DNA of 32,000 nucleotides. Origin: Paenibacillus sanfengchensis (GTDB lineage: Bacteria > Bacillota > Bacilli > Paenibacillales > Paenibacillaceae). Where the stretch lies: positions 340,143 to 372,142 of the forward strand of contig NZ_JBAGJC010000005.1 in the NCBI RefSeq assembly GCF_036864765.1, written 5' to 3'. The translations under genes and the position numbers were made by a program. The notes under the pieces were generated by a model. It was not told the origin of the DNA, made no database searches, and was given only the letters and a program-made list of their open reading frames with translations. Below, piece by piece: positions 16,586 through 23,597 of the stretch; positions within the stretch are counted from its first letter, which is position 1, and the number at the start of each line of letters is the position of its first letter.

Positions 16586-16969
16586 TTATTTCTGGCCGTC
16601 GTCTTCCACATAAATGATGCCGTTCTCATGGTGTGCGCAAGTGACATAAGAGCAACTTAGCAGCGCAGGCTTGTCCTCAACCATTAAATCCGGCTTGCCG
16701 TTCACCCACTCCATATGCACATCGGGCTCGCACGGCTTGTCCCTCGCTTCGCATACCCCGAAGGTGGAAATATTGTCCTCGATCTTGCTGTCCCCCACAT
16801 TCATCAGCGGTTGACCTTTTATGTACATGCCGTGACTCGTCGGCAGATTCAGCATGTTCGGATGACTGCCGCACGCACAGCGCAGCATCGCCCCGCGCAC
16901 CACGTAGCTGAACTCCTCGGTGGCCGACTCCTGCACAACGGTGCGTGTTCCTTTTGCAGATGCCATCAT
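16586..16969 (-). CDS. DUF4280-type (PAAR-like) protein
   Basis: A 127-aa protein: VVRGAMLRCACGSHPNMLNLPTSHGMYIKGQPLMNVGDSKIEDNISTFGVCEARDKPCEPDVHMEWVNGKPDLMVEDKPALLSCSYVTCAHHENGIIYVEDDGQ. It matches the remembered DUF4280 layout (GA.L.C..G..P..L.V...., FG.C....C.P....W......, C..GG.I.....GQ). The SD is GAGGGGGA. Confidence 0.8.
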   Translation of the reverse strand: MMASAKGTRTVVQESATEEFSYVVRGAMLRCACGSHPNMLNLPTSHGMYIKGQPLMNVGDSKIEDNISTFGVCEARDKPCEPDVHMEWVNGKPDLMVEDKPALLSCSYVTCAHHENGIIYVEDDGQK

Positions 16970-16983
16970 TTAGTCCCCCTCAC

Positions 16984-17502
16984 TTAAAATTTCGATCCAC
17001 CGTCCACTTCCACGGGGGTGAAGTGCAGCCCCGAATAAGCCCGGCGCAGCAGACTTTCGGCCACGTCCAGATGGACGATGACCTGCCCTTCCGCGCACAA
17101 GATCCGCTCGCTCCCCAGCCGTCTTCCGTCCAACACGCATGCGGTCACATGACCGAACCGGTCGCGTCGGCTTCGATCCAATAACACTTCCCGCTCCCTC
17201 GGTTCCAAAAACCAGTAAAGCTCCTGCCGCTTGGCCTCTTTGGCCGTCAAAATAACGGAGGTCCAGTTCAGACCGGCTTCATACAATTCCAACAGTTGCT
17301 TCATCCGGTTTGACACCATACGGCGCGGCTTCTCGACATAATCGAGGAAACGAACCTCCGCATCTTCCCGCACATACAAACTGTTGCTCGTCTGTCCGCC
17401 GCGCTCGCCGCCCGTACCGCTTAAACCATCCCGCCGGCCGCCGATCACGAGCAGCGGTTTGCTCCGTTTATCCTGCTCCAGCAAAAAATAGTGCACCGCC
17501 AT
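16984..17502 (-). CDS. Hypothetical protein (172 aa), operon member of unknown family
   Basis: The ORF starts 8 nt after the upstream stop (ATG at 17502 or GTG at 17496, after AAAGGGGG). It has no TM segment or signal peptide and begins M(A)VHYFLLEQD. Its position between the pentapeptide and PAAR-like genes suggests an adaptor, chaperone or immunity role (inference only). Confidence 0.6.
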   Translation of the reverse strand: MAVHYFLLEQDKRSKPLLVIGGRRDGLSGTGGERGGQTSNSLYVREDAEVRFLDYVEKPRRMVSNRMKQLLELYEAGLNWTSVILTAKEAKRQELYWFLEPREREVLLDRSRRDRFGHVTACVLDGRRLGSERILCAEGQVIVHLDVAESLLRRAYSGLHFTPVEVDGGSKF

Positions 17503-17510
17503 CCCCCTTT

Positions 17511-18632
17511 CTATTCACCCGCCGGTACGGGAACGCCGCTGTCGTCCTCTTCCATCCAGACGACGCTGCGTTTCTGTTCTTCGCTAAGCCGCCAATGGAC
17601 GGCATCCCGCTTCAGGATCGCGGCTCCGGCCATATGCGCTCCCCGGAAATCGGCCCCGGCCAGATCGGCGTACAGCAGGTTGGCGCCTTCGAGATTAGCG
17701 CCGTTAAAGCGAACGCCGCCAAGCCCCAGCACCATCCCCTCGTGGATAAACCGTTCGCCGCCCACAGCTTCCGTCAGCCGGGCGCCGCGCAGATCGCTGC
17801 CGCTAAAATCGGCATCGTACAGCAGGCTCTGACTCAGGTCGGCGCCGGTCAGGATGCCGCGGCTAAAATCGGTGCCGATGCAGACGCTCCGATTTAGACG
17901 AGCCCCGCTAAAATCGCTCCGCTCACAATGGCTGTAGCGCAAATCGAGGTGCTCATAATTCCCTCCGCTCAAGTTCAGGCCCCGAAAATCGCTGTTCATG
18001 TAACCATTCGGCCATTTTTGCTCCAGCCACCGTTTCAGGGCCGCCGCATCCTTGTCCGCCACGTCTTCCATCCAGATTGGTTCGCTGAAATCCTTGTATT
18101 CCCCGGTACGGAATCGGAGCACACCGGCCCGCTCCACCTGCCGGAACTCCGGCAGGGCGATCAGCTGCGGCACGAGCCGGCGCACCCATTCTCTGACATA
18201 CTGATGCAAAACCGTGATCTCCCGCAGCAAGATCGCTTCCTGCTCCATCTCGGGCACCGTGCCGGACAGCTTTGTGCCGAGTTCCCGCTTAAAAGAATGC
18301 AGCAGCGGATAAAGCCACGACAGCTCAATCATCTCCACGCATTCGTTCCGGTCGACATACCAGCGATCATCGTAAGCTTCCAGGCTGTACACCAGCCTTC
18401 CCTGCAGCAACCAGGAACGTAAATAAGAAAAATGAACAAATGCGATTCCGGCCTTCGTCCCGTCTTCCTGCTGCTTGCGGATGCGTAAGAAGAGCCTGCG
18501 GAACGCCGCGATCAGCTCGCCGTTATGCGCCTCCATCCTCCCGGCCCGCCAAAACTTGTCGGCTTCTTGCAGCAGCGCATCCCGCAGCCGGGTAACCTCT
18601 CGTTCTACCGAATCCGTCAAGGTCAACCCCAT
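17511..18632 (-). CDS. Pentapeptide-repeat protein with an approximately 210-aa N-terminal domain of unknown family
   Basis: The C-terminal half contains runs of A(D/N)LXX-type pentapeptides: FRGLNLSGGNYEHLDLRYSHCERSDFSGARLNRSVCIGTDFSRGILTGADLSQSLLYDADFSGSDLRGARL and FNGANLEGANLLYADLAGADFRGAHMAGA. The SD is AGGAGGAGGG. Confidence 0.85.
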   Translation of the reverse strand: MGLTLTDSVEREVTRLRDALLQEADKFWRAGRMEAHNGELIAAFRRLFLRIRKQQEDGTKAGIAFVHFSYLRSWLLQGRLVYSLEAYDDRWYVDRNECVEMIELSWLYPLLHSFKRELGTKLSGTVPEMEQEAILLREITVLHQYVREWVRRLVPQLIALPEFRQVERAGVLRFRTGEYKDFSEPIWMEDVADKDAAALKRWLEQKWPNGYMNSDFRGLNLSGGNYEHLDLRYSHCERSDFSGARLNRSVCIGTDFSRGILTGADLSQSLLYDADFSGSDLRGARLTEAVGGERFIHEGMVLGLGGVRFNGANLEGANLLYADLAGADFRGAHMAGAAILKRDAVHWRLSEEQKRSVVWMEEDDSGVPVPAGE

Positions 18633-18646
18633 CCCTCCTCCTAATC

Positions 18647-20152
18647 CTAGTTGTTCCGCACCTGGTTTCCTTTGAGTGCGACATCGTTCTCGATCACAAG
18701 CGAACTGTCCTTACAGCTCATTTCCACCTTTTCGCTTGCCGCCAATGTGATATTCTTCGATTGCAGAATCACATTTTCCGTCGCGGTTACCTTGATATCC
18801 TTGCTGCTGGTCAGCGTGATGCCGTTCTCGTCCTCCAGCAAAATCGATACGCCGTTCCCCGAAATCATAATGTAGTCCGGCGCCAGTACGATCATTTTGC
18901 CGTTCTTTGTTTTGAGCGTTTTGATTTCCGGGTCCTGCATCGGATCGCCGCCGGAACCAGCCGAACCGCCGGAGCCGCCACCACTCGCACCTGCACTTGC
19001 GCCCGAGCCCGCTGCCGCGCCGGCCTCTCCCCCGGCTGTCCCGCTTCCCGGGGTGCCGCCCGCTTTCGCCACCGAGCTGGTGGCAAAGGCGTCCTTCTCC
19101 TCATGCGTCGGAAAGTATATCCGCACCTGGTCCCCCTGCTCCGGCATGAAGTACCAGCCCGCATTGTCCGCGGACGCATAAATCGTCGAGTACGGCAGCC
19201 AGCAGGCGCCTCCTTCATCCTGTGACGCGTCCATGTTCAGATGCACCTTGACCGTGTCCTTGCTGACGGCCAGCACCTTCCCCTGGACCGAAGCTCCGAC
19301 GATGGTGCTGTTGTACTGTTTGGGAACGACCAGGCCGCCTTCTCTGGCGAGCGTATATCTGCGCTTGAATTCCCCTTGCTCCAGCATCATCACGACCTCG
19401 CTGACAAGCAGCTTGCTTCCGGCAAATTCCACCTCATGCCCGAGATCCAGCACTTGGGGCGATTCCACCTCGTAAAATACGAAATCATGCTGCGAGACCC
19501 CGGGAATACGGGTGCGCAGCGCCTGCTGATACAAATCCATCCGCTTTTTGACGCGGTAATTGTGCACGGTCAGCTTGCCTTTGCTGCCGAGCCGGGGCAA
19601 CCCGATATAGCATAATATCCGCTCATCCATAGCGGCCGGGACCACCCCTGTGTAAAAATGCGAGGCCAGCCGCTTAAGCAGTTGCCAATCGCTTTCCCGA
19701 TACTGCAAAATCATGCTTTCCAGCGAGGAGCCGTTAGAGGCATAATCGATGAAATCGGCCTGAGGATAAGCGTCGACCACCTGATTCATCACGGACCGGT
19801 AAGCGAGGCCGATCTGCTGGAAAGAACGGTCCACCGGCTTGACGTCCAGCTTGTAGGTGGACGATACCGCCCGGGCGGAAATGGAGTACACCCCGTTCAC
19901 CATTTGAACTTCCACATCCAGGATCATGCCGTGGAACAACGTCACCCGCTTGCCTTCCCCGTCGACTTCTTTTACCACGATCTCCGTCTGCGCGTCGGCC
20001 ATCTGCACATAACTGTCCTTGCAGCTTTCCGGAACGATCCCTTTAAAAGTCAGCCTTACATGTTCATTCATCCGCTTCTCGATCTTCAGTTCCTGAAGCT
20101 GCTTGAGCTCAAACGGTTCGATCACAATGTATGAATTCTGCGTTCCTTCCAT
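18647..20152 (-). CDS. VgrG/gpD-gp5-like spike protein (no cargo domain)
   Basis: A 501-aa protein with a hub motif MILQYRESDWQLLKRLASHF. It has an OB-fold block GASVQGKVLAVSKDTVKVHLNMD....CWLPYSTIYA...GWYFMPEQGDQVRIYFPTHEEKDAF. A 42-aa Gly/Ala/Ser linker spans aa 362-403. The C-terminus has a short repetitive beta-strand pattern (ITLTSSKDIKVTATENVILQSKNITLAASEKVEMSCKDSSLVIEND) like a spike beta-helix. Confidence 0.85.
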   Translation of the reverse strand: MEGTQNSYIVIEPFELKQLQELKIEKRMNEHVRLTFKGIVPESCKDSYVQMADAQTEIVVKEVDGEGKRVTLFHGMILDVEVQMVNGVYSISARAVSSTYKLDVKPVDRSFQQIGLAYRSVMNQVVDAYPQADFIDYASNGSSLESMILQYRESDWQLLKRLASHFYTGVVPAAMDERILCYIGLPRLGSKGKLTVHNYRVKKRMDLYQQALRTRIPGVSQHDFVFYEVESPQVLDLGHEVEFAGSKLLVSEVVMMLEQGEFKRRYTLAREGGLVVPKQYNSTIVGASVQGKVLAVSKDTVKVHLNMDASQDEGGACWLPYSTIYASADNAGWYFMPEQGDQVRIYFPTHEEKDAFATSSVAKAGGTPGSGTAGGEAGAAAGSGASAGASGGGSGGSAGSGGDPMQDPEIKTLKTKNGKMIVLAPDYIMISGNGVSILLEDENGITLTSSKDIKVTATENVILQSKNITLAASEKVEMSCKDSSLVIENDVALKGNQVRNN

Positions 20153-20155
20153 CCT

Positions 20156-20827
20156 TTAGCCCTCCCCTTCGCCTTCCTGTCCGCTCACCTGCAAGGAAGC
20201 CATGATGCCGTGAGCGATCGGACGCCATAACTTCATCTCTTTCTCCATGCAATTCACCCCGAAGAAGATCCCTTTTTGTTCCCAGGCCATAAAAAAAGTC
20301 AAGTTATAGATATTGCCATCCATCGCCGGAGACACCAGCTCATAATAACCGGCCAATTTCTTGGGTGGCGGCAATTCTTCCGCCGTATTGGCCACGCCCA
20401 GTTCCAGCACCCCGTCCGACAGCCAGGAAGCATTGGGCTGCATGCGTTTCAGCATCTTGAGCAGTTCCTGCTGATACACCTCCAGCTCATCGTCAAACAG
20501 CCGATTGTCCGTGGGGTTGACCGTAACGTTCACCGTCAGGGAATCATTGGTGTAGATCAGCTTGGGCCTCCGGTCGGACGGGTATTTGATCCGGGCATAG
20601 GCCTCCGGCATTTCGGTAAAAGACGCCGGCAAGCGCAAGCTCACCCGTTCCGGAATCACCTCCAATTCTGCAAATTCCAGCGTTTCCTCTTCAAGTTCCA
20701 GCTCTCCGGCCCGGACCGCTTGGGTCACTTCCGGAATGGAAAGCCGATGCTCTCTAAGCTGTTCCCGCTCCTGCCGATCCTCCTCCCGAATCAATTTGAG
20801 GAACTGTTCATCCATAAATGGGGTCAT
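20156..20827 (-). CDS. Hypothetical protein (223 aa), first gene of the spike/Rhs operon
   Basis: The start is placed at the ATG at 20827 (MTPFMDEQF...), 5 nt after GGAAGAGGTG; the track start at 20866 is a TTG without an SD. It has an acidic N-terminal helix-like region and a Glu/Gly tail. Its stop lies 3 nt before the next start. No family was recognised. Confidence 0.65.
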   Translation of the reverse strand: MTPFMDEQFLKLIREEDRQEREQLREHRLSIPEVTQAVRAGELELEEETLEFAELEVIPERVSLRLPASFTEMPEAYARIKYPSDRRPKLIYTNDSLTVNVTVNPTDNRLFDDELEVYQQELLKMLKRMQPNASWLSDGVLELGVANTAEELPPPKKLAGYYELVSPAMDGNIYNLTFFMAWEQKGIFFGVNCMEKEMKLWRPIAHGIMASLQVSGQEGEGEG

Positions 20828-20906
20828 GCAAGCACCTCTTCCGCCTATGTACTCTTTTTCGGCCAAGCCGACTTCGCCTAGCCTCTTGCCTAATTCCGCC
20901 AGCTAC

Positions 20907-20957
20907 AAAAAAACAGCGACGTTCCCGGGGTGCACAAGCCTAGGAAGCAATCGCTGT
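20907..20957 (-). terminator. Hairpin plus U7 upstream of the spike/Rhs operon (upstream terminator or leader attenuator)
   Basis: Minus strand reads ACAGCGA (plus 20951-20957) ... TCGCTGT (plus 20913-20919) enclosing a partly paired 31-nt loop, followed by TTTTTTT (plus A-run 20907-20913). It lies about 80 nt upstream of the first operon start. Confidence 0.45.
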
Positions 20958-21324
20958 AGATGCCGTGCCAAAGTCAACGACTAAGCACTTATTTATGTAT
21001 ATCGGAATAATATTCCAATTGCTTTACACATTTCTCCGTAATTTGGGCCATTTTCCCAATACGAAATAAAATTAAAAAATTCCCTATATAAGTTGAACTT
21101 AAGATTTACCAATAGGCTAGAGTGTGAAATGATTCTGGAGAAGCGAAGCGTTCGCCTTTGTGACTGGATTTCAACCATTTAAAATTAATTAAAGAAATCC
21201 GGGAGCAACAGCGATCGGAAGAACATTTCACACGGCGGCCACACATGTAAATCAATAGTTCAATTTATATAACAATTGCCCTTATATCTCGCGGTAGAGT
21301 AACATAGTAGCGAGGTGATCGATC

Positions 21325-21693
21325 ATGCACACATTGCTCGCACTCGGCGGAATCATGATGTTTCTTGCCGTGGCGCTTGGCGCTTTCGGCGCGCATGCCT
21401 TGAAGCACAAGCTGACAGGGGATAAGCAAAAAACTTATCAGACCGGTGTCCAATATCATTTGGCCCATAGTTTGGGGCTGCTGCTGTTGGGGATCCTTGC
21501 GGGGGAAATCGCCGACCCTTCCCTGATCATTTGGGCCGGATGGCTCCTTTTGGCCGGTATCGTATTATTCTCCGGGAGCCTATATGCCCTGAGCATTTCG
21601 GGCATCCGTAAACTCGGCGCGATCACCCCCTTGGGCGGCCTCTGTTTCCTGGCGGGCTGGCTGATCGTCGTGATCGCCGCTGTAAACGGGTAG
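21325..21693 (+). CDS. ywdK: DUF423/UPF0382 family small membrane protein
   Basis: A 122-aa protein with four hydrophobic segments: GAFGAHALK motif, YQTGVQYHLAHSLGLL, and LFSGSLY..S. The SD is GAGGTGA. It lies next to ung, as in B. subtilis (recalled synteny). Confidence 0.85.
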   Translation: MHTLLALGGIMMFLAVALGAFGAHALKHKLTGDKQKTYQTGVQYHLAHSLGLLLLGILAGEIADPSLIIWAGWLLLAGIVLFSGSLYALSISGIRKLGAITPLGGLCFLAGWLIVVIAAVNG

Positions 21694-21796
21694 GAGGGGA
21701 GCTACAGCCCTATGGCATAATTAACGGGAGGAAATCCCGTTAATTCCATTCCCGATGATCGGCTCTCTGCCGCCCCAGTCGAACTTGGCGCAACGC

Positions 21797-21833
21797 AAAT
21801 AGACCGACTGCCTGCAAAGACAGCGGTCTATTT
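21797..21833. terminator. Bidirectional terminator between ywdK and ung
   Basis: AAATAGACCG (21797-21806) / CGGTCTATTT (21824-21833) stem. T-rich sequence follows on the plus strand, and TTTGCGTTG follows on the minus strand. A second 11-bp perfect hairpin without a U-tract lies at 21719-21745. Confidence 0.7.
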
Positions 21834-21846
21834 ACCATTTTCTATT

Positions 21847-22515
21847 TTACATGGTTGGCAAAGTCCAATCGATCGGTCCCAGGCCATTCTCCTTGAGAAA
21901 TTCATTGGTCTGCGAGAACGGCCGGCTGCCCAAAAAACCGCGGTGCGCGGAAAGCGGACTCGGATGCGGGGAGCGGATGACTTTATGGCGGCGGCGGTCG
22001 ATAAAGGCACCTTTCTGCTGGGCATAGCTCCCCCAAAGGATAAACACGAGCGGTTCATTGCGCTCATTCAGCTTCATCATGATCGCGTCCGTGAACCGCT
22101 CCCAGCCAAGTCCTTTGTGCGAATTGGGCTGGCCCTCACGCACCGTGAGCACGGCGTTCAGCATCAACACGCCCTGCTCTGCCCAATGCAGCAGATATCC
22201 GTGATTCGGAGCCGGGATCCCGAGGTCGGATTCCAGTTCCTTATAGATATTTTGCAGCGAAGGCGGAATGCGCACCCCGGGCATGACCGAGAAGCTGAGT
22301 CCGTGCGCTTGCCCCGGTCCATGGTAAGGGTCCTGCCCAAGGATGACCACCCTCGTCCGCTCATAAGGCGTCAGCTTCAGCGCCGAGAAAAGCAGCTCTT
22401 TGGGCGGATAGACGGTATGCAGCTTGTACTCCCTGGCCAACGCGTATCTTAACTCCTGAAAATAAGATTTCTGTGTCTCTTCCTGCAAAACTTCATCCCA
22501 ATCATTTCCAAACAT
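21847..22515 (-). CDS. ung: Uracil-DNA glycosylase (family 1)
   Basis: VVILGQDPYHGPGQAHGLSFSV (water-activating loop), GVLMLNAVLTV, and HPSPLSA (Leu-intercalation loop). The start is placed at the ATG at 22515 (MFGNDWDEVL), which matches the usual N-terminus. The track start at 22533 is a GTG. Confidence 0.95.
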   Translation of the reverse strand: MFGNDWDEVLQEETQKSYFQELRYALAREYKLHTVYPPKELLFSALKLTPYERTRVVILGQDPYHGPGQAHGLSFSVMPGVRIPPSLQNIYKELESDLGIPAPNHGYLLHWAEQGVLMLNAVLTVREGQPNSHKGLGWERFTDAIMMKLNERNEPLVFILWGSYAQQKGAFIDRRRHKVIRSPHPSPLSAHRGFLGSRPFSQTNEFLKENGLGPIDWTLPTM

Positions 22516-22641
22516 ATCGTTTCCAACCTCCACTCCAACCTCTCTAGTATTCCATTCTAGCGAAGCCTGCGGAATCTAGCAAACAAAAACCGACTTGAGA
22601 GCCTGCCAGGCCCAAGGCAAAGCCTATAGGCGGCAGCCGGC

Positions 22642-23466
22642 TCAGTCCCTTTTCTGCTTACGGTACTGCAGGGGGGAGCGGCCGGTAATTTTTTTGAATA
22701 CCCTCCCAAAATGGGCGATACTGTCAAAGCCCGCTTCCTCTGCGATTCTGGTAATCTTCCAATCCGTCCGGGCCAATAGAGTCTGCGCCTCGCGAACCCG
22801 TATGTAAGTTAAGTATTCGACCACGGTAAACCCGGTAACCTGCTTGAAAATCCGGCACAAATAAGTGGTCCCGATAAAAAAGCGCTCCGCAATGTCCTCA
22901 AGCTTCAATGGCTCGGCATAGTGCCCATTCAAATACTCCACGATCCGGTAAACCCGCTGCTGCCGCTCCGTATTTTCCGGCTTAACGGGCTCCGTCCTTG
23001 CCTCCCGAATCCGGCCGAGCAGAATCAGCAGCTGGGCCAGCAACGTCTGGAGGTACGGACCTTGCCATAGTCGGCCTTCCTTTTCTTCCCGCAGCATCAG
23101 AAACAACAAGTCCGCGATCCTCCCCTGTTCCTGGACGCTCGGCCGCAGCAAATAACTTTCGCCCCGGAACAGAGGGAGACTCCCCAGTCCCATCTCCAGA
23201 AAGGGCCGAACAGAGGCATCGTCGAAATTGACCAGAATCCGTTCATGCGGGTTTTCGCCCTTCCCGGTGGTCCGATGAAGCTGATTTTTATGAATGAATA
23301 CAATGTCGCCCGCCTGAAGGGCATATACCCGGTCATGGATGTAGTAAAACCTTTCCCCGGCCAACAAATAATAGATTTCATAGGTATCGTGCATATGGTT
23401 GGAGTCCATATTAAACGGCCCGGTACGTTTCATTTTTTCAACACTCAGAATCGGCGCATGAGCCAT
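22642..23466 (-). CDS. AraC family transcriptional regulator (cupin sensor plus HTH)
   Basis: The N-terminal cupin reads HMHDTYEIYYLLAGERFYYI...GDIVFI. The C-terminal part carries the AraC double HTH (LEDIAERFFIGTTYLCRIFKQVTGFTVVEYLTYIRVREAQTLL...ITRIAEEAGFDSIAHFGRVFKKITGRSPLQYRK). The ATG at 23466 has GGAGGA 8 nt upstream; the track start is at 23484. Confidence 0.9.
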   Translation of the reverse strand: MAHAPILSVEKMKRTGPFNMDSNHMHDTYEIYYLLAGERFYYIHDRVYALQAGDIVFIHKNQLHRTTGKGENPHERILVNFDDASVRPFLEMGLGSLPLFRGESYLLRPSVQEQGRIADLLFLMLREEKEGRLWQGPYLQTLLAQLLILLGRIREARTEPVKPENTERQQRVYRIVEYLNGHYAEPLKLEDIAERFFIGTTYLCRIFKQVTGFTVVEYLTYIRVREAQTLLARTDWKITRIAEEAGFDSIAHFGRVFKKITGRSPLQYRKQKRD

Positions 23467-23597
23467 ATACGTCATCCTCCGCATTCAAATCGGATAATAT
23501 ATGCATACTTTTTCACCGAATAAGCAGGAAATGTTTAGAAATTTGCATTTTATATACTATAAGATAGATCCAAGTTCATGTAAATGGAGGGATCGTC

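Noticed and set aside
20993-21178. A 61-aa minus-strand ORF in the AT-rich stretch upstream of the spike/Rhs operon
   Set aside because: It has no SD, has low-complexity AT-driven composition, and looks like a chance ORF in an AT-rich intergenic region.
3379-21324. Search for a direct repeat of the tRNA-Pro 3' end (attR) to delimit an island
   Set aside because: Only an 8-nt match (AAATCCTG at about 3529-3536) was seen by eye, which is not significant. The island borders therefore remain inferred from gene content and composition only.
22534-22641. Possible terminator hairpin between ung and the AraC gene
   Set aside because: The arms (GAGCC..GGCTGCC / GGCAGGCTC) pair only imperfectly, and I could not settle a convincing stem by hand. 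It was left unannotated.
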